64,000 bases of DNA from Alphaproteobacteria bacterium. GTDB lineage: Bacteria > Pseudomonadota > Alphaproteobacteria > UBA7985. Position 1 is the stretch's first letter; each line of letters begins with the position of its first letter. Below, piece by piece: positions 38,096-48,088 of this stretch. The notes beneath the pieces were generated by a model. The model was not told where the DNA came from. It made no database searches and saw only the letters and a program-made list of their open reading frames with translations. The position numbers and the translations under genes are program-made. The stretch covers positions 11,271 to 75,270 of the forward strand of contig CBFIBS010000013.1 in NCBI GenBank assembly GCA_965660945.1, written 5' to 3'.

Positions 38096-39529
38096 ATGGA
38101 TGCTACCGAGCTGAGTTTTCTGTCTGCGCGGGACGTGCTTGCCCGCTTCCGGGACAAAAGCCTGTCGCCGGTCGACTATTTGGACGTGCTGATCGCCCGC
38201 ACGAACGCCATCAACCCAGCGATCAACGCCTATACCGAGACCTTCTTCGACGAAGCCCGGCAGCAGGCGAAGGCGGCCGCCGAACGCTATGCCGCCGGCA
38301 CCGCCCGGGCGCTGGAGGGCTTGCCGGTCGCGATCAAGGATGTGCATCGCATGGCCGGGCGCAGGACCACCCAGGGTTCACTGACGCTCAAGGACAACAT
38401 CGATACCGAGACCGACCCGATGATCGAACGGCTGGAGGCCGCCGGCGCGATCTTCCATGCCCGGACGACGACGCCAGAATTCTGCCTGTCGGCGGTCTGC
38501 AATTCACACCTGTGGGGCGTAACCCGAAACCCCTTCAACCTCGATTTCGGCCCCGGGGGGTCCTCGGGCGGGTCTGCAGCTGCGCTCGCGGCCGGGTTGA
38601 CCCCGCTGGCGACCGGGACCGATATCGGTGGGTCGATCCGCATCCCGGCAAGCTGCTGCGGGTTGGCGGGGTACAAGCCGCCCCACGGCCGCAATCCCGA
38701 TGGTCCGCCGGCCAACTTCGACCGCTACAACCACTGTGGTTTTCTTGCACGCGACGTCGGCGACATCGCGCTGGGCCAGAACATCGTCTCCGGCCCGCAC
38801 CCGCTCGACCACGACAGCCTGCCCGACCGGATCGAACTGGCCGAGGCTCGTCCGCCCGCCAGGCTGCGCGTGGCCTGGTCCATGGATCTGGGTTACGTGC
38901 CGATCGAGGATGAGGTGCGCCAGAACACGTACGCAGCGCTGGAGGCCCTGCGCGCAGCGGGCTGCACGGTCGAGGAGGTCGATCTGGGCTGGGGCAGCTG
39001 GGTCGATGAGGCCGCCATGAGCTGGTACGCCGCCATGCACTTCGGCCGCGCCGCGCTATGGGCAGCGGAGCAGGGTCAGCGCGACCAGCTGACCGACTAC
39101 GGCCGTCTGGCCGCTGATATTGCCGCGCGGCTGGGACCGGACGACGTTGCGCGCTCTTGGGAAGGGCAGCACCGCATGTATCAGAGCCTTGGGCCCGTGC
39201 TGGCCGACTACGACGTCCTGCTGTGCCCGACGCTGTCGATCGGTGCTGTACGGACCGACCACGATGCCACCAACCCGGCTTTCGAGGTCGCGGGCACACC
39301 CGTCGACGGCGAGTACGGCTGGCTGCTGACCCACCAGTTCAACATGCAGTACAACTGCCCGGTGATAACGCTGCCCTCGGGGCGGGACCGACATGGCGTG
39401 CCGACAGGCATCCAGCTTGTTACCCGGCCCTTCGACGATGCGGGACTGTTCGAGGCGGCCTATACCTACGAGCACGCCATGCCCGGCGCGTTTCTGCCCC
39501 GGACCGAGCTGCCCGCCATCGCGCGCTAG
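38096..39529 (+). CDS. Amidase signature family enzyme
   Basis: PVAIKD, GGSSGGSAAA and GTDIGGSIRIPA (Ser-cisSer-Lys triad). Confidence 0.94.
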   Translation: MDATELSFLSARDVLARFRDKSLSPVDYLDVLIARTNAINPAINAYTETFFDEARQQAKAAAERYAAGTARALEGLPVAIKDVHRMAGRRTTQGSLTLKDNIDTETDPMIERLEAAGAIFHARTTTPEFCLSAVCNSHLWGVTRNPFNLDFGPGGSSGGSAAALAAGLTPLATGTDIGGSIRIPASCCGLAGYKPPHGRNPDGPPANFDRYNHCGFLARDVGDIALGQNIVSGPHPLDHDSLPDRIELAEARPPARLRVAWSMDLGYVPIEDEVRQNTYAALEALRAAGCTVEEVDLGWGSWVDEAAMSWYAAMHFGRAALWAAEQGQRDQLTDYGRLAADIAARLGPDDVARSWEGQHRMYQSLGPVLADYDVLLCPTLSIGAVRTDHDATNPAFEVAGTPVDGEYGWLLTHQFNMQYNCPVITLPSGRDRHGVPTGIQLVTRPFDDAGLFEAAYTYEHAMPGAFLPRTELPAIAR

Positions 39530-39750
39530 CCCGGCCCCCTCAAGCTGCACCGGGGAAACCGGCCTGCGCAACGCGGATCGAAAGCGGGTGGCAAAGTCGC
39601 AGTCAGCCCGCCTCGGATGCTGCCTGTTTGGTGCGATTTCGCCGTTTTTGCCATGAAGACCCTTTCGCGGTCGGTGTGGTTCTGCTTTTCTGCATATGAA
39701 TGAGCCTCTGCCCCTCGGGGCGCGCTGATTATCTGGGAGGAGACTGGATC

Positions 39751-41898
39751 ATGACCGCACCGATCCGACCGCGATCGGGCAGCCCGACGATTGGGCGCCT
39801 GTTGGTCATCGACGGCGTGAACTACACCGCGCTGGCTTGGGCCGTGCTGGCACTGGCCGTGTCGATCCTCGTCTACCGTGTCTTCGGCTTCAAGTATGGT
39901 TTCCCTGAAGCCATCTCTTCGCGCATCGATTTCATCTACTGGATCAACATCGGCGAGGACTGGCTCAAGGCCAACGTGCGCGATACCACCCGCGCCATCG
40001 CCAAGGTCATCACCTACTGGATCGGTGAGGTCGAGTATTTCCTGCAGGTGCGGCCCTGGCCGCTGGTGGTCGTCGCGCTCGGGTTGCTCGGGCTGCGGTT
40101 CGGCGGCCTGCGGCTAGCGCTGCTGACCGTGGTCGGGGTCATGTTCTGGGGCGCTGTCGACATGTGGGATCCGGCGATGTCGACCCTGTCGCTCATGGGT
40201 GTGTCAGTGGTGATTTCGGTGGTGCTGGGCATCCCGCTCGGGGTCTGGTGTTCGCAGAACGACCGGGTTGAGTCCGCCATCCGGCCTGTGCTCGACGCCA
40301 TGCAAACCATGCCGGCCTTCGTCTATCTGCTGCCGGCGATCTTTCTGTTCGGTATCGGCAACACTGGGGCGGCGATGGCGATCATCATCTACGCGATGCC
40401 GCCGGTGGTGCGTCTGACCAACTTGGGCATCCGGCAGGTGCCCCAGACCTCGGTTGAGGTGGCGCAGAGCTTCGGCTCGACCCGGTTGCAGACCATGGCC
40501 AAGGTACAGATCCCGCAGGCCATGCCCTCGATCGTGCTTGGCATCAATCAGACCATCATGATGGCGCTGGGGCTGGCGGTGCTGGCCGCCTTTATCGGTA
40601 CCGGCGGTCTGGGGCGCGAGGTCTACAAGGCGCTGTTCAAGCTCAAGGTCGGCTGGGCCTTCGAGGCGGGCATGTGCATCGTCTTTATGGCGATCATCTT
40701 CGACCGGCTGACGCTGGCAATTGGCGCGCCCAAGGACAGCGAGGCCCTCGCGGACCGCACCCAGCTGCGCTTCCGGCTGCTGCCCCAGACCTGGTACCGG
40801 GTCGCACCAGCGCGCTGGTTCGAGCAGGGGCTGGATGCCCTCTGGCGCGGGATCGGTTCGGCGTCGAGCGCGCTGACCCACGGCGTGTCGCTGGCGCTGG
40901 GCGGGCTGCTGGGGCTGGTAAACCGGGACTTCGGGGCCTCGTTCGCGCGCGGGCTGAAGGCGCGGCAGTTCCTGTTCATCGCGGTGCTTATCATCCTGGC
41001 GATTTTCGCTGTCGACCGCTGGATCTATGACATCGGGTACTATCCTGATTCGCTGATGTTCCGCATGCGCGGGCCGGTCGATGACAGCGTGGACTGGCTG
41101 GCGTCGAACAAGATTTTTGCAGCCTTCTCCAAGGGGCTGCGGGCCTTCACCTTCCTCTACCTGCTCGACCCGCTGGAGAAATTCCTCGTGGGCCTGCCGT
41201 GGTTCTACGCGCTGGGCGGGCTGTTCCTCATGGCTTGGGCTGCAGGGGGCTGGCGTTTCGCGGCCGTGGTGAGCTTCCTGATGTTCCTGACCGGGGTCGG
41301 GAACATCTGGGTGCCGACTATGGAGACGATTGCCGCAACCCTTGCCTCGGTGCTGGTGTGTGTGGTGGTGGGGCTGCCGCTCGGGATATTCGCGGCCTAC
41401 AACCGCACGCTGGAGCGGATCCTGACCCCGATCCTCGACACCATGCAGACCATGCCGACCTTTGTTTATCTGATCCCGGTGTTGATGCTGTTCGGCGGCA
41501 ACAAGGTGACGGCGATCATCGCCACGGTGATCTATGCGCTGCCTCCGATGGTGCGGATGACCATGCTGGGGCTGAAGCAGGTGCCGGCGCAGGTGAATGA
41601 AGTCTGCGATGCCTATGGTTCGACCCAGTCACAGTCGCTGTTCAAGGTCAAGCTGCCGATGGCAAGTCCGTCGATCATGCTTGGCGTCAATCAGGCGATC
41701 GCCATGGCGCTGGCCATGCAGGTGATCACGCCGATGGTGGCGGGCGAGGGGCTGGGTCTGGTGGTGTTCCAGGCCATGACGATGGCTGATACCGGTGCAG
41801 GCTTGGTGGGCGGCATCGGGATCGTGCTGGTGGCGGTCATGCTCGACCGGCTGACCAGCGCGGCGACGGCCCGGCAGCGCAAGGCGCTGGGGCTCTGA
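39751..41898 (+). CDS. Glycine betaine/proline-family ABC permease with two fused ProW-like domains
   Basis: Two LD.MQTMP.FVYL.P modules; GGAGGAG RBS before ATG 39751. Confidence 0.92.
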   Translation: MTAPIRPRSGSPTIGRLLVIDGVNYTALAWAVLALAVSILVYRVFGFKYGFPEAISSRIDFIYWINIGEDWLKANVRDTTRAIAKVITYWIGEVEYFLQVRPWPLVVVALGLLGLRFGGLRLALLTVVGVMFWGAVDMWDPAMSTLSLMGVSVVISVVLGIPLGVWCSQNDRVESAIRPVLDAMQTMPAFVYLLPAIFLFGIGNTGAAMAIIIYAMPPVVRLTNLGIRQVPQTSVEVAQSFGSTRLQTMAKVQIPQAMPSIVLGINQTIMMALGLAVLAAFIGTGGLGREVYKALFKLKVGWAFEAGMCIVFMAIIFDRLTLAIGAPKDSEALADRTQLRFRLLPQTWYRVAPARWFEQGLDALWRGIGSASSALTHGVSLALGGLLGLVNRDFGASFARGLKARQFLFIAVLIILAIFAVDRWIYDIGYYPDSLMFRMRGPVDDSVDWLASNKIFAAFSKGLRAFTFLYLLDPLEKFLVGLPWFYALGGLFLMAWAAGGWRFAAVVSFLMFLTGVGNIWVPTMETIAATLASVLVCVVVGLPLGIFAAYNRTLERILTPILDTMQTMPTFVYLIPVLMLFGGNKVTAIIATVIYALPPMVRMTMLGLKQVPAQVNEVCDAYGSTQSQSLFKVKLPMASPSIMLGVNQAIAMALAMQVITPMVAGEGLGLVVFQAMTMADTGAGLVGGIGIVLVAVMLDRLTSAATARQRKALGL

Positions 41899-41922
41899 GG
41901 ACCAAGACTGTCCGCCGATAAG

Positions 41923-42173
41923 GGCTGTTTGGGGCGCGGTGCTCCGAGCCTTTTTGGTTGCGCGCTCGGACCTTGGCCGCTTCGCGGCCTTCGGTCCTCC
42001 CACGCGCAACGATACGGACACGCCGGGCTGCGCCCGACGTGACGTCTTACACGCTCATAGGTGAACCCGTTTTTCGCGCCGGCTTAAAGTCACTGCGCGG
42101 GGGAGATTTGTAAGCCGCGAAGCGGCGTCAAATCGAGCCCGCAACCCCCTTTGTTCGAGCCCCACCAACAGCC
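41923..42173. mobile_element. Candidate MITE/REP-like palindromic element
   Basis: Imperfect terminal inverted repeats GGCTGTT-TGGGGC / GCCCCACCAACAGCC; three internal hairpins; internal 13-bp inverted pair GCCGCTTCGCGGC / GCCGCGAAGCGGC. Confidence 0.5.
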
Positions 42174-42219
42174 GTTGAAACGCCCTCTATTCCCAACAGC
42201 GCAAGCCCGAGGCCGGCGC

Positions 42220-42257
42220 AAAAAAGAACGGGCCATTGCAACCGCAACAGCCCGTTC
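42220..42257 (-). terminator. Rho-independent terminator of the binding-protein gene
   Basis: Minus strand GAACGGGC...GCCCGTTC followed by TTTTTT. Confidence 0.8.
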
Positions 42258-42292
42258 CGTGTCACCTCAAGAGAGGGCGCAGTGGCGCAACC

Positions 42293-43231
42293 TTACTGCA
42301 GCCACGCTCTCCAGATGTCTTCGTTGTTGGCGAGCCACTCATCGACCACGTCCTGGACTTCTTCGCCCTGAACGTCGACCGCGTAGATCATCTGAGCCTG
42401 CTGGGCGTTGGTGATCCGCGAGTTCGCAATCATCGCCAGCGCGGCGTCGTGCTTGCCGAACAGACGCTCGGAGGCGTAGTTGATGGTCACGTCCTCAGCC
42501 CAGCCGGACTTTGGCCATGCGCTGCCGTCACCGTAAGGATCCAGCTCCAGCGCAACCAGATCGAGCTCAGCGTGGATCCAGTGCGGCTCCCACGCGTAGG
42601 CCACGAATGGCTCCTGACGCTTGTAAGCACCCTGCATCTCTGCCCAGAGCGCGGTCTCGGAACCCAGAACCACAGCTTCGAAGCCAACGCCGTAGGCATC
42701 AGCACGCGCCTGGTCGTCACACTCCCAGTTTAGCGCCGGACAGCCGATCAGACGACCCTTGCCACCGGTTTCCACGGTCGCAAACAGGTCGACATAGTTC
42801 GCCAGATCAGAGAAGCGCACCAGGTCTTTGGCCGCGGCATCGTCGCCCTCGACCAGGTAGCGCGGCACGTAGTAGCTGGACTTACCGATGACGCCGGTCT
42901 CGCCGACGATCTTGACGGTGCCCGGGCCACCCCACTCTTCGAACCAGGTGCCTTTGGCCGGGTTGTAGGACGGCCAGTACTCGAAGCCCATGTCGATATC
43001 GCCACCGGCAATCGCTTCCAGCGTCGCGTTACCCGAAGGCAGTTCGATGTAGTTGATCTTGTAGTCGTACTCCCGCTCCAGAATGGTCATGAGCAGGCGT
43101 CCCGTCACAACCGCGCCGGTCCAGTCAGCCACAGCTGCGTTCAGGCGGCCCTGCGCATGGGCGACAGTGTTAAACGAAAGCGTAGAAGCCAACAGCGTCG
43201 CGCCGAGGGCAGCAATTTTCAGCATTTTCAT
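42293..43231 (-). CDS. Glycine betaine/proline-family ABC substrate-binding protein
   Basis: Signal peptide, GDIDMGFEYWP, LIGCPALNWEC and YAWEPHW motifs. Confidence 0.9.
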   Translation of the reverse strand: MKMLKIAALGATLLASTLSFNTVAHAQGRLNAAVADWTGAVVTGRLLMTILEREYDYKINYIELPSGNATLEAIAGGDIDMGFEYWPSYNPAKGTWFEEWGGPGTVKIVGETGVIGKSSYYVPRYLVEGDDAAAKDLVRFSDLANYVDLFATVETGGKGRLIGCPALNWECDDQARADAYGVGFEAVVLGSETALWAEMQGAYKRQEPFVAYAWEPHWIHAELDLVALELDPYGDGSAWPKSGWAEDVTINYASERLFGKHDAALAMIANSRITNAQQAQMIYAVDVQGEEVQDVVDEWLANNEDIWRAWLQ

Positions 43232-43437
43232 AGTCTCTCTCCTCCATAAGCCCGACCACCTAAGGCAGCCGGGGAAACCTATGCATTGATACTAAAGCGC
43301 CTTTCATGCCAAATGCCTAGAGGGAAGTGACGTGAAGTCGCGAAAAAGGGCGATAAACCCCAGCGTCATCAGCGGCGCTGTGGTAAGGAAGAGGCGTCGC
43401 ACCGACCCGCGACAAAGGAGGATTTGCTTTGGATACG

Positions 43438-44442
43438 ATGATCGCCGCTTCGGGCGTCTGGAAAATCTTCGGGGCTAATGCCGAGCAGGTGCTCGACACC
43501 CACGACCGCAGCAAATCCCGCGATGAAATTCAGGAAGAAACTGGCCACGTGGTCGCGGTCAAGGATGTCGACTTCGAGGTCCGGCGCGGCGAGTGTTTCG
43601 TGGTCATGGGGCTGTCCGGCTCGGGTAAATCGACCCTGTTGCGCACCCTGACCCGCCTGATCGAACCCACGGGCGGCAGCATCACCATCGACGGCCATGA
43701 CGTGCGCGACCTCAGCCAGCGTGAGCTGAGGGACCTGCGTCGCTCGAAGGTCGCCATGGTATTCCAGCACTTCGGCCTGTTTCCCCACCGCAGCGTCATC
43801 GACAACATCGCCTACGGGCTCGAAGTGCGCGGCATGGGCAAGATCAAGCGCACCGAGAAGGCCGAGGAAATCCTCGATCTGGTCGGCCTGAGCGGCTGGG
43901 GTGAGCGTTTCCCGCGCGAGCTGTCCGGGGGCATGCAGCAGCGTGTGGGCCTCGCCCGCGCCATGGCCATGGATCCCGAGATCCTGTTCTTCGATGAGCC
44001 CTTTTCGGCGCTCGATCCGCTGATCCGGCGGGAGATGCAGGACGAGTTGCTCGACCTGCAGGCCAAGCTGCAGAAAACCATGGTGTTTATCACCCACGAC
44101 TTCCTCGAAGCCATCAAAATGGGCGACCACATCGCGATCATGAAGGACGGCGAAATCGTCCAGATCGGCACGCCCGAGGAAATCGTCGCCGCGCCCGTTG
44201 ACGACTACGTCCGCGATTTCACCGAGGATGTCCCGCGCTACAAGGTCCTTTCCGTGGGCAAGGTCATGCGCCCGGCCAGCAAAGGCCTCAGCGCCAAAGG
44301 CGGGGTCCGGTCCGGCGCCAAGATCGAATCAGCAATCAATCAGGTTGCCGATACCGACAGCCCGGTTGCCGTCCTCGACGAAGCCCAGGAAATCGTCGGC
44401 GAAATCGACCGTGAAATCATCATGCGGGCCATGACCAGCTAG
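43438..44442 (+). CDS. Glycine betaine/proline-family ABC ATP-binding subunit (ProV-like)
   Basis: [23 protein letters not shown] and [16 protein letters not shown]; CBS-like tail. Confidence 0.94.
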   Translation: MIAASGVWKIFGANAEQVLDTHDRSKSRDEIQEETGHVVAVKDVDFEVRRGECFVVMGLSGSGKSTLLRTLTRLIEPTGGSITIDGHDVRDLSQRELRDLRRSKVAMVFQHFGLFPHRSVIDNIAYGLEVRGMGKIKRTEKAEEILDLVGLSGWGERFPRELSGGMQQRVGLARAMAMDPEILFFDEPFSALDPLIRREMQDELLDLQAKLQKTMVFITHDFLEAIKMGDHIAIMKDGEIVQIGTPEEIVAAPVDDYVRDFTEDVPRYKVLSVGKVMRPASKGLSAKGGVRSGAKIESAINQVADTDSPVAVLDEAQEIVGEIDREIIMRAMTS

Positions 44443-44557
44443 GGCCGTGGCATCACGCCCTGGCAACAGACCCGACAGTCCCGCCCGGGTGCGGGCCTGC
44501 CGTTAGTTCCGGCCATCCGCCAGTAACAATCTGACCAGCAACCACGGAGGATCCCCG

Positions 44558-45730
44558 GTGGACGTATCCGAAGTCACGCGGAACCTGAGTTCGCTCGGCG
44601 GCGCCAAGTGGGACATGCACGTGCGGGCGCGGGCGCTGGCTGCCGCCGGGCATCCGATCATCGAGCTGACCATCGGCGAACCGGATGAGCCCATGGCCCC
44701 GGCGCTGGTGCCCGCCATGGCGCAGGCGCTGCAGGCCGGCCGGGTCGGCTACTCCAACGGGCGGGGCGAAGCGGCGCTGCTCGACGCGCTGGCAGCGCGC
44801 TACACCGCCCGGCGCGGTCGGGTGTTCTCACCCGATAATTTCCTCGCCTTTCCCGGCACGCAGACGGCGCTCTACGCGCTGATGCGCGGGCTGGTGAACC
44901 CCGGCGACGAAGTCGTGGTCTTCGACCCTTGCTACGCCACCTACGAAGGCGTCGTCGCCGGCGCAGGCGCAACCATGGTCTCCGCGCCGCTGAACCCCGA
45001 CGCCGGCTTCAGCATCGATTTCGCCGCGCTCGAGGCGGTGCTGACCCCCCGAACCCGCGCAATCCTGCTCAATAACCCCCACAACCCCGCTGGATCGCTG
45101 CTCAATGAGGACACCTGTGAGCGTCTGGGCGGCCTCGCGGTGCAGCGGGGCCTGTGGCTGATCTGCGATGAGGTCTACGAGGACCTGATCTACGACAACC
45201 GCCCGCTGGTCTCGCCGCTCAATCACGCAGCCTTCGACGGGCACGCGCTGGGCTGTGCTTCGATCTCGAAGTCCCACGCTGCGCCTGGGCTGCGCTCGGG
45301 CTGGGTCGTGGGCGCTGAAGAGGTGGTCGGCCAACTGGTGCCACTGGCCGAGACCATGCTGTTCGGCAATCAACCCTTTATCGCTGACGCAACTGCCGCT
45401 GCCTTGGGCGACACGGGCGAGACGGCCGCGCGCATGCGGGAATCGCTCCGGCGGCGGGCGCAGCTTGTGACCGCGGCACTTGACGGGGTTGCTGGGCTGC
45501 GGGTGGCAGAGCCACAGGCCGGGATGTTTGCCCTCGTCGGGGTCGGCGATACCGGGGTCGGGCTGGATGGCCACGCCTTTGCCTCGCGCCTGCTCGAACA
45601 GGCCGGGGTCGCGGTCATGCCGGGCACGTCCTTCGGCGCGGTAACCCGGGACTGGATCCGGCTGAGCCTGACCGTGCCCGATGAGATGCTGCAGCGCGCC
45701 TGCGACCGGATCGCAGCCTTCTGCGGCTGA
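44558..45730 (+). CDS. PLP-dependent class I/II aminotransferase (AruH-like)
   Basis: LTIGEPD, NNPHNPAG, DEVY and SISKSHAAPGLRSGW motifs. Confidence 0.9.
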   Translation: MDVSEVTRNLSSLGGAKWDMHVRARALAAAGHPIIELTIGEPDEPMAPALVPAMAQALQAGRVGYSNGRGEAALLDALAARYTARRGRVFSPDNFLAFPGTQTALYALMRGLVNPGDEVVVFDPCYATYEGVVAGAGATMVSAPLNPDAGFSIDFAALEAVLTPRTRAILLNNPHNPAGSLLNEDTCERLGGLAVQRGLWLICDEVYEDLIYDNRPLVSPLNHAAFDGHALGCASISKSHAAPGLRSGWVVGAEEVVGQLVPLAETMLFGNQPFIADATAAALGDTGETAARMRESLRRRAQLVTAALDGVAGLRVAEPQAGMFALVGVGDTGVGLDGHAFASRLLEQAGVAVMPGTSFGAVTRDWIRLSLTVPDEMLQRACDRIAAFCG

Positions 45731-45785
45731 CCCTTTCTTCGGCGGAATCCCCCAGCCGGACCGGACCTTCCGCCTTTCTGGGCGC

Positions 45786-45908
45786 TCAGGGCTTGTTCTG
45801 GCCGCCGAAAACCCGTCGCAGCCAGCCGCCGATCGCCTGCCGACGGGTCCAGAGGATCAGTGCCAGCGCGAACACCAGCCCGGTGATGTACATGAACATG
45901 ATGGTCAT
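45786..45908 (-). CDS. Putative 40-aa small membrane protein
   Basis: MTIMFMYITGLVFALALILWTRRQAIGGWLRRVFGGQNKP; fills an intergenic gap; weak GAAGG RBS. Confidence 0.45.
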   Translation of the reverse strand: MTIMFMYITGLVFALALILWTRRQAIGGWLRRVFGGQNKP

Positions 45909-46056
45909 AGGAGCGGCCTTCGCCGTTTCACTTTCGGATCCGGACAGGGTATCGGGGTTTGTGCCAGGATCAACCCACCTAGCGACCGTGGAAGTCCCGT
46001 CCCGAAACAGGGCCGTTCTGACCGATGAACCAGCCAGAGGAAGGTATGAAAAGATC

Positions 46057-46449
46057 ATGACCAGCGTTTCGACCCACATCATGTTTCAGGGGCAGGGGGC
46101 CGAGGCGCTGGAGCTCTACGCCTCGATCTTTCCCGGCTTCGAGACCCTCGCTCGCGAAGACTATGGCCCCGACGACATCGGCCCGGCCGGCACCATCAAA
46201 CTTGCCACCATCGGGTTCAACGGTGCCATCCTGCAGGTGATCGACAGCCCGATCCCGCACGCTTTTGATTTGACCCCGTCCATGTCTCTGTTCGTGGATT
46301 GTGACAGCGAGGACGAGCTGACCCGGGTGTTCGCCACCCTGTCAGAAGGCGGCGAAGTGATGATGCCGCTCGACAGCTATGGCTTCAGCCGGCGCTTTGG
46401 TTGGTGCAGGGACCGGTTCGGACTATCTTGGCAGATTAACCTGCCCTGA
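46057..46449 (+). CDS. VOC/PhnB-like protein
   Basis: HIMFQGQGAEALELY, TPSMSLFVDC and YGFSRRFGWCRDRFGLSWQ motifs. Confidence 0.92.
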   Translation: MTSVSTHIMFQGQGAEALELYASIFPGFETLAREDYGPDDIGPAGTIKLATIGFNGAILQVIDSPIPHAFDLTPSMSLFVDCDSEDELTRVFATLSEGGEVMMPLDSYGFSRRFGWCRDRFGLSWQINLP

Positions 46450-46495
46450 CTCCGCACCCCGTGGACAGACGGGCAGGCCGAACGAAAGTGCCGTC

Positions 46496-48079
46496 ATGCC
46501 CTCACCAACCGCCGCCGAGCGCCTCAGCGCCGCAACACGAAAGCGCCAAACCGTCGCAGAGCAGTGGGCGAGGACGCGCAACAACGACGTCTCCAACCTG
46601 CTCTCCACCACCCTGCCTGCGCTGTTCGATATCGATCGCTTCGGGCTGTTCGTGCTGAGCCGGGACAGCCAGAGCGTCTGGCTGGAGGCCGGGACCGGGG
46701 TCACCCAGCGATCGATTGTTGTCGAGGCCGAGGGCTCGTTGGTGGGGGAGGCCATCCGCAACCGTCAAACCCGCATCGACACCGACCTCTCCAACGGCAA
46801 GGGTGCCTTTGTGAGCGTCGGTGAAAAGCTGGGTTACCGGCCGCAGAGTGCGATGACAGCGCCTGTGTTCTGTCCATCGACAGGCAACGCCATCGGTGCC
46901 CTTCAGGTCATGAACGGCGAACGACCGGTGGCGTGGAGCGAGCGCGACCGGGGTCTGCTGGAGGAGCTGTGCCACAGCATCTCGCAGACGGTGCAGCTCC
47001 TGCACCAGCATCAGGACATCGTCGCCGAGCTCGATCGTCTGGATCAGGAAATCAAGGCGCTCGACCAGCAGGAATCCGCGATCCGGGGCGGGCACATGCT
47101 GCGCACCTTCGAGCCTGCCACCGCCTTGCACGGCGAGGGCTTTCTGCACGGTCTCTACGGCCAGACGGTGTTTCCGCCCTTCATCGACGTCGCGGCGAAT
47201 GCCGACCTGGCGCGCAGCTGGGATACGGACGCGCACGACATCTTTATCGCCACGCACCAGAAAGTCGGCACCCACCTGGCAAAGAAGTTCGTGGTTGAGT
47301 TGCTGCACGAAGGCCTGAAGCACCGTCCGAACGTCTACGACACCCGCGATATCGGCCACGGTACCGTGCCCTGGCCCGAGGTCTCCGTTTCCCAGCACGG
47401 CCGCGCGTGGATCGATGAGCACATCGCCCGCACCCACGATACGCCGCGTGCCTGGTACGTCCACTGCGGCTACGACGACATGCCCGTCCGCAGTCTGCAC
47501 CCGCAGACCAAATTCATCATGGTTTACCGCGACCCCAAGGCGGTGGCGGTTTCCCAGTATTTCTTCTGGAAGCGTCATCCGCTGCTGGCCGTGCCCGAAG
47601 ACCTGAGTATGGACGAATTCGTCGAGCTGTTCGTCGGGGGCAATCTCTACTTCGGCGACTACCACGACCACGTCAGCGGCTGGATCCGGCGACGGGACCA
47701 GCGCATTGCGACCCAGAATATTCTGGCGCTGAGCTATGAGGACATGGTCAACCGCAAGCCCGAAGTCGCGCGGGCGCTGGCGCGTTTTCTGCTCCCTGAT
47801 ACTTCGTTCTCTGAGGATGCGCTGGCGCGGATTGCAGAAGCAACCGAGTTCAAGAAGATGAAGGACGAGGTCACCAGCAACCCGCAGAGCTTCCACCTCA
47901 ACCCCAAGGTCTATTTCCGCTCTGGCACGACCAACGACTGGGAGCAGAAGCTGTCGGACGCTGCCATTGCAGCCATCGATGAGAAGAGCAGGGCGAAGTG
48001 GGACGGGCGCACCGATGGCCCTGCACTCGATCAGGGCGTGACGGTGCTCGGAGACCTGACGGGCGACAGCCGTCGCTGA
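46496..48079 (+). CDS. GAF domain fused to a PAPS-dependent sulfotransferase domain
   Basis: GAF: SAMTAPV...AIGALQVMN...WSERDRGLL. SULT: DIFIATHQKVGTHL, YRDPKAVAVSQY, YFGDYHDHV, LSYEDM and FRSGTTNDW. Confidence 0.85.
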   Translation: MPSPTAAERLSAATRKRQTVAEQWARTRNNDVSNLLSTTLPALFDIDRFGLFVLSRDSQSVWLEAGTGVTQRSIVVEAEGSLVGEAIRNRQTRIDTDLSNGKGAFVSVGEKLGYRPQSAMTAPVFCPSTGNAIGALQVMNGERPVAWSERDRGLLEELCHSISQTVQLLHQHQDIVAELDRLDQEIKALDQQESAIRGGHMLRTFEPATALHGEGFLHGLYGQTVFPPFIDVAANADLARSWDTDAHDIFIATHQKVGTHLAKKFVVELLHEGLKHRPNVYDTRDIGHGTVPWPEVSVSQHGRAWIDEHIARTHDTPRAWYVHCGYDDMPVRSLHPQTKFIMVYRDPKAVAVSQYFFWKRHPLLAVPEDLSMDEFVELFVGGNLYFGDYHDHVSGWIRRRDQRIATQNILALSYEDMVNRKPEVARALARFLLPDTSFSEDALARIAEATEFKKMKDEVTSNPQSFHLNPKVYFRSGTTNDWEQKLSDAAIAAIDEKSRAKWDGRTDGPALDQGVTVLGDLTGDSRR

Positions 48080-48088
48080 ACCGGGCCC

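Noticed and set aside
42293-43231. Specific assignment as proX or tmoX
   Set aside because: The family is clear but the substrate cannot be determined by eye.
43297-43311. Sigma54 promoter for the SBP gene (minus strand TGGCATGAAAGGCGC)
   Set aside because: GG/GC spacing fits but the TTGC element is poor; too weak to call.
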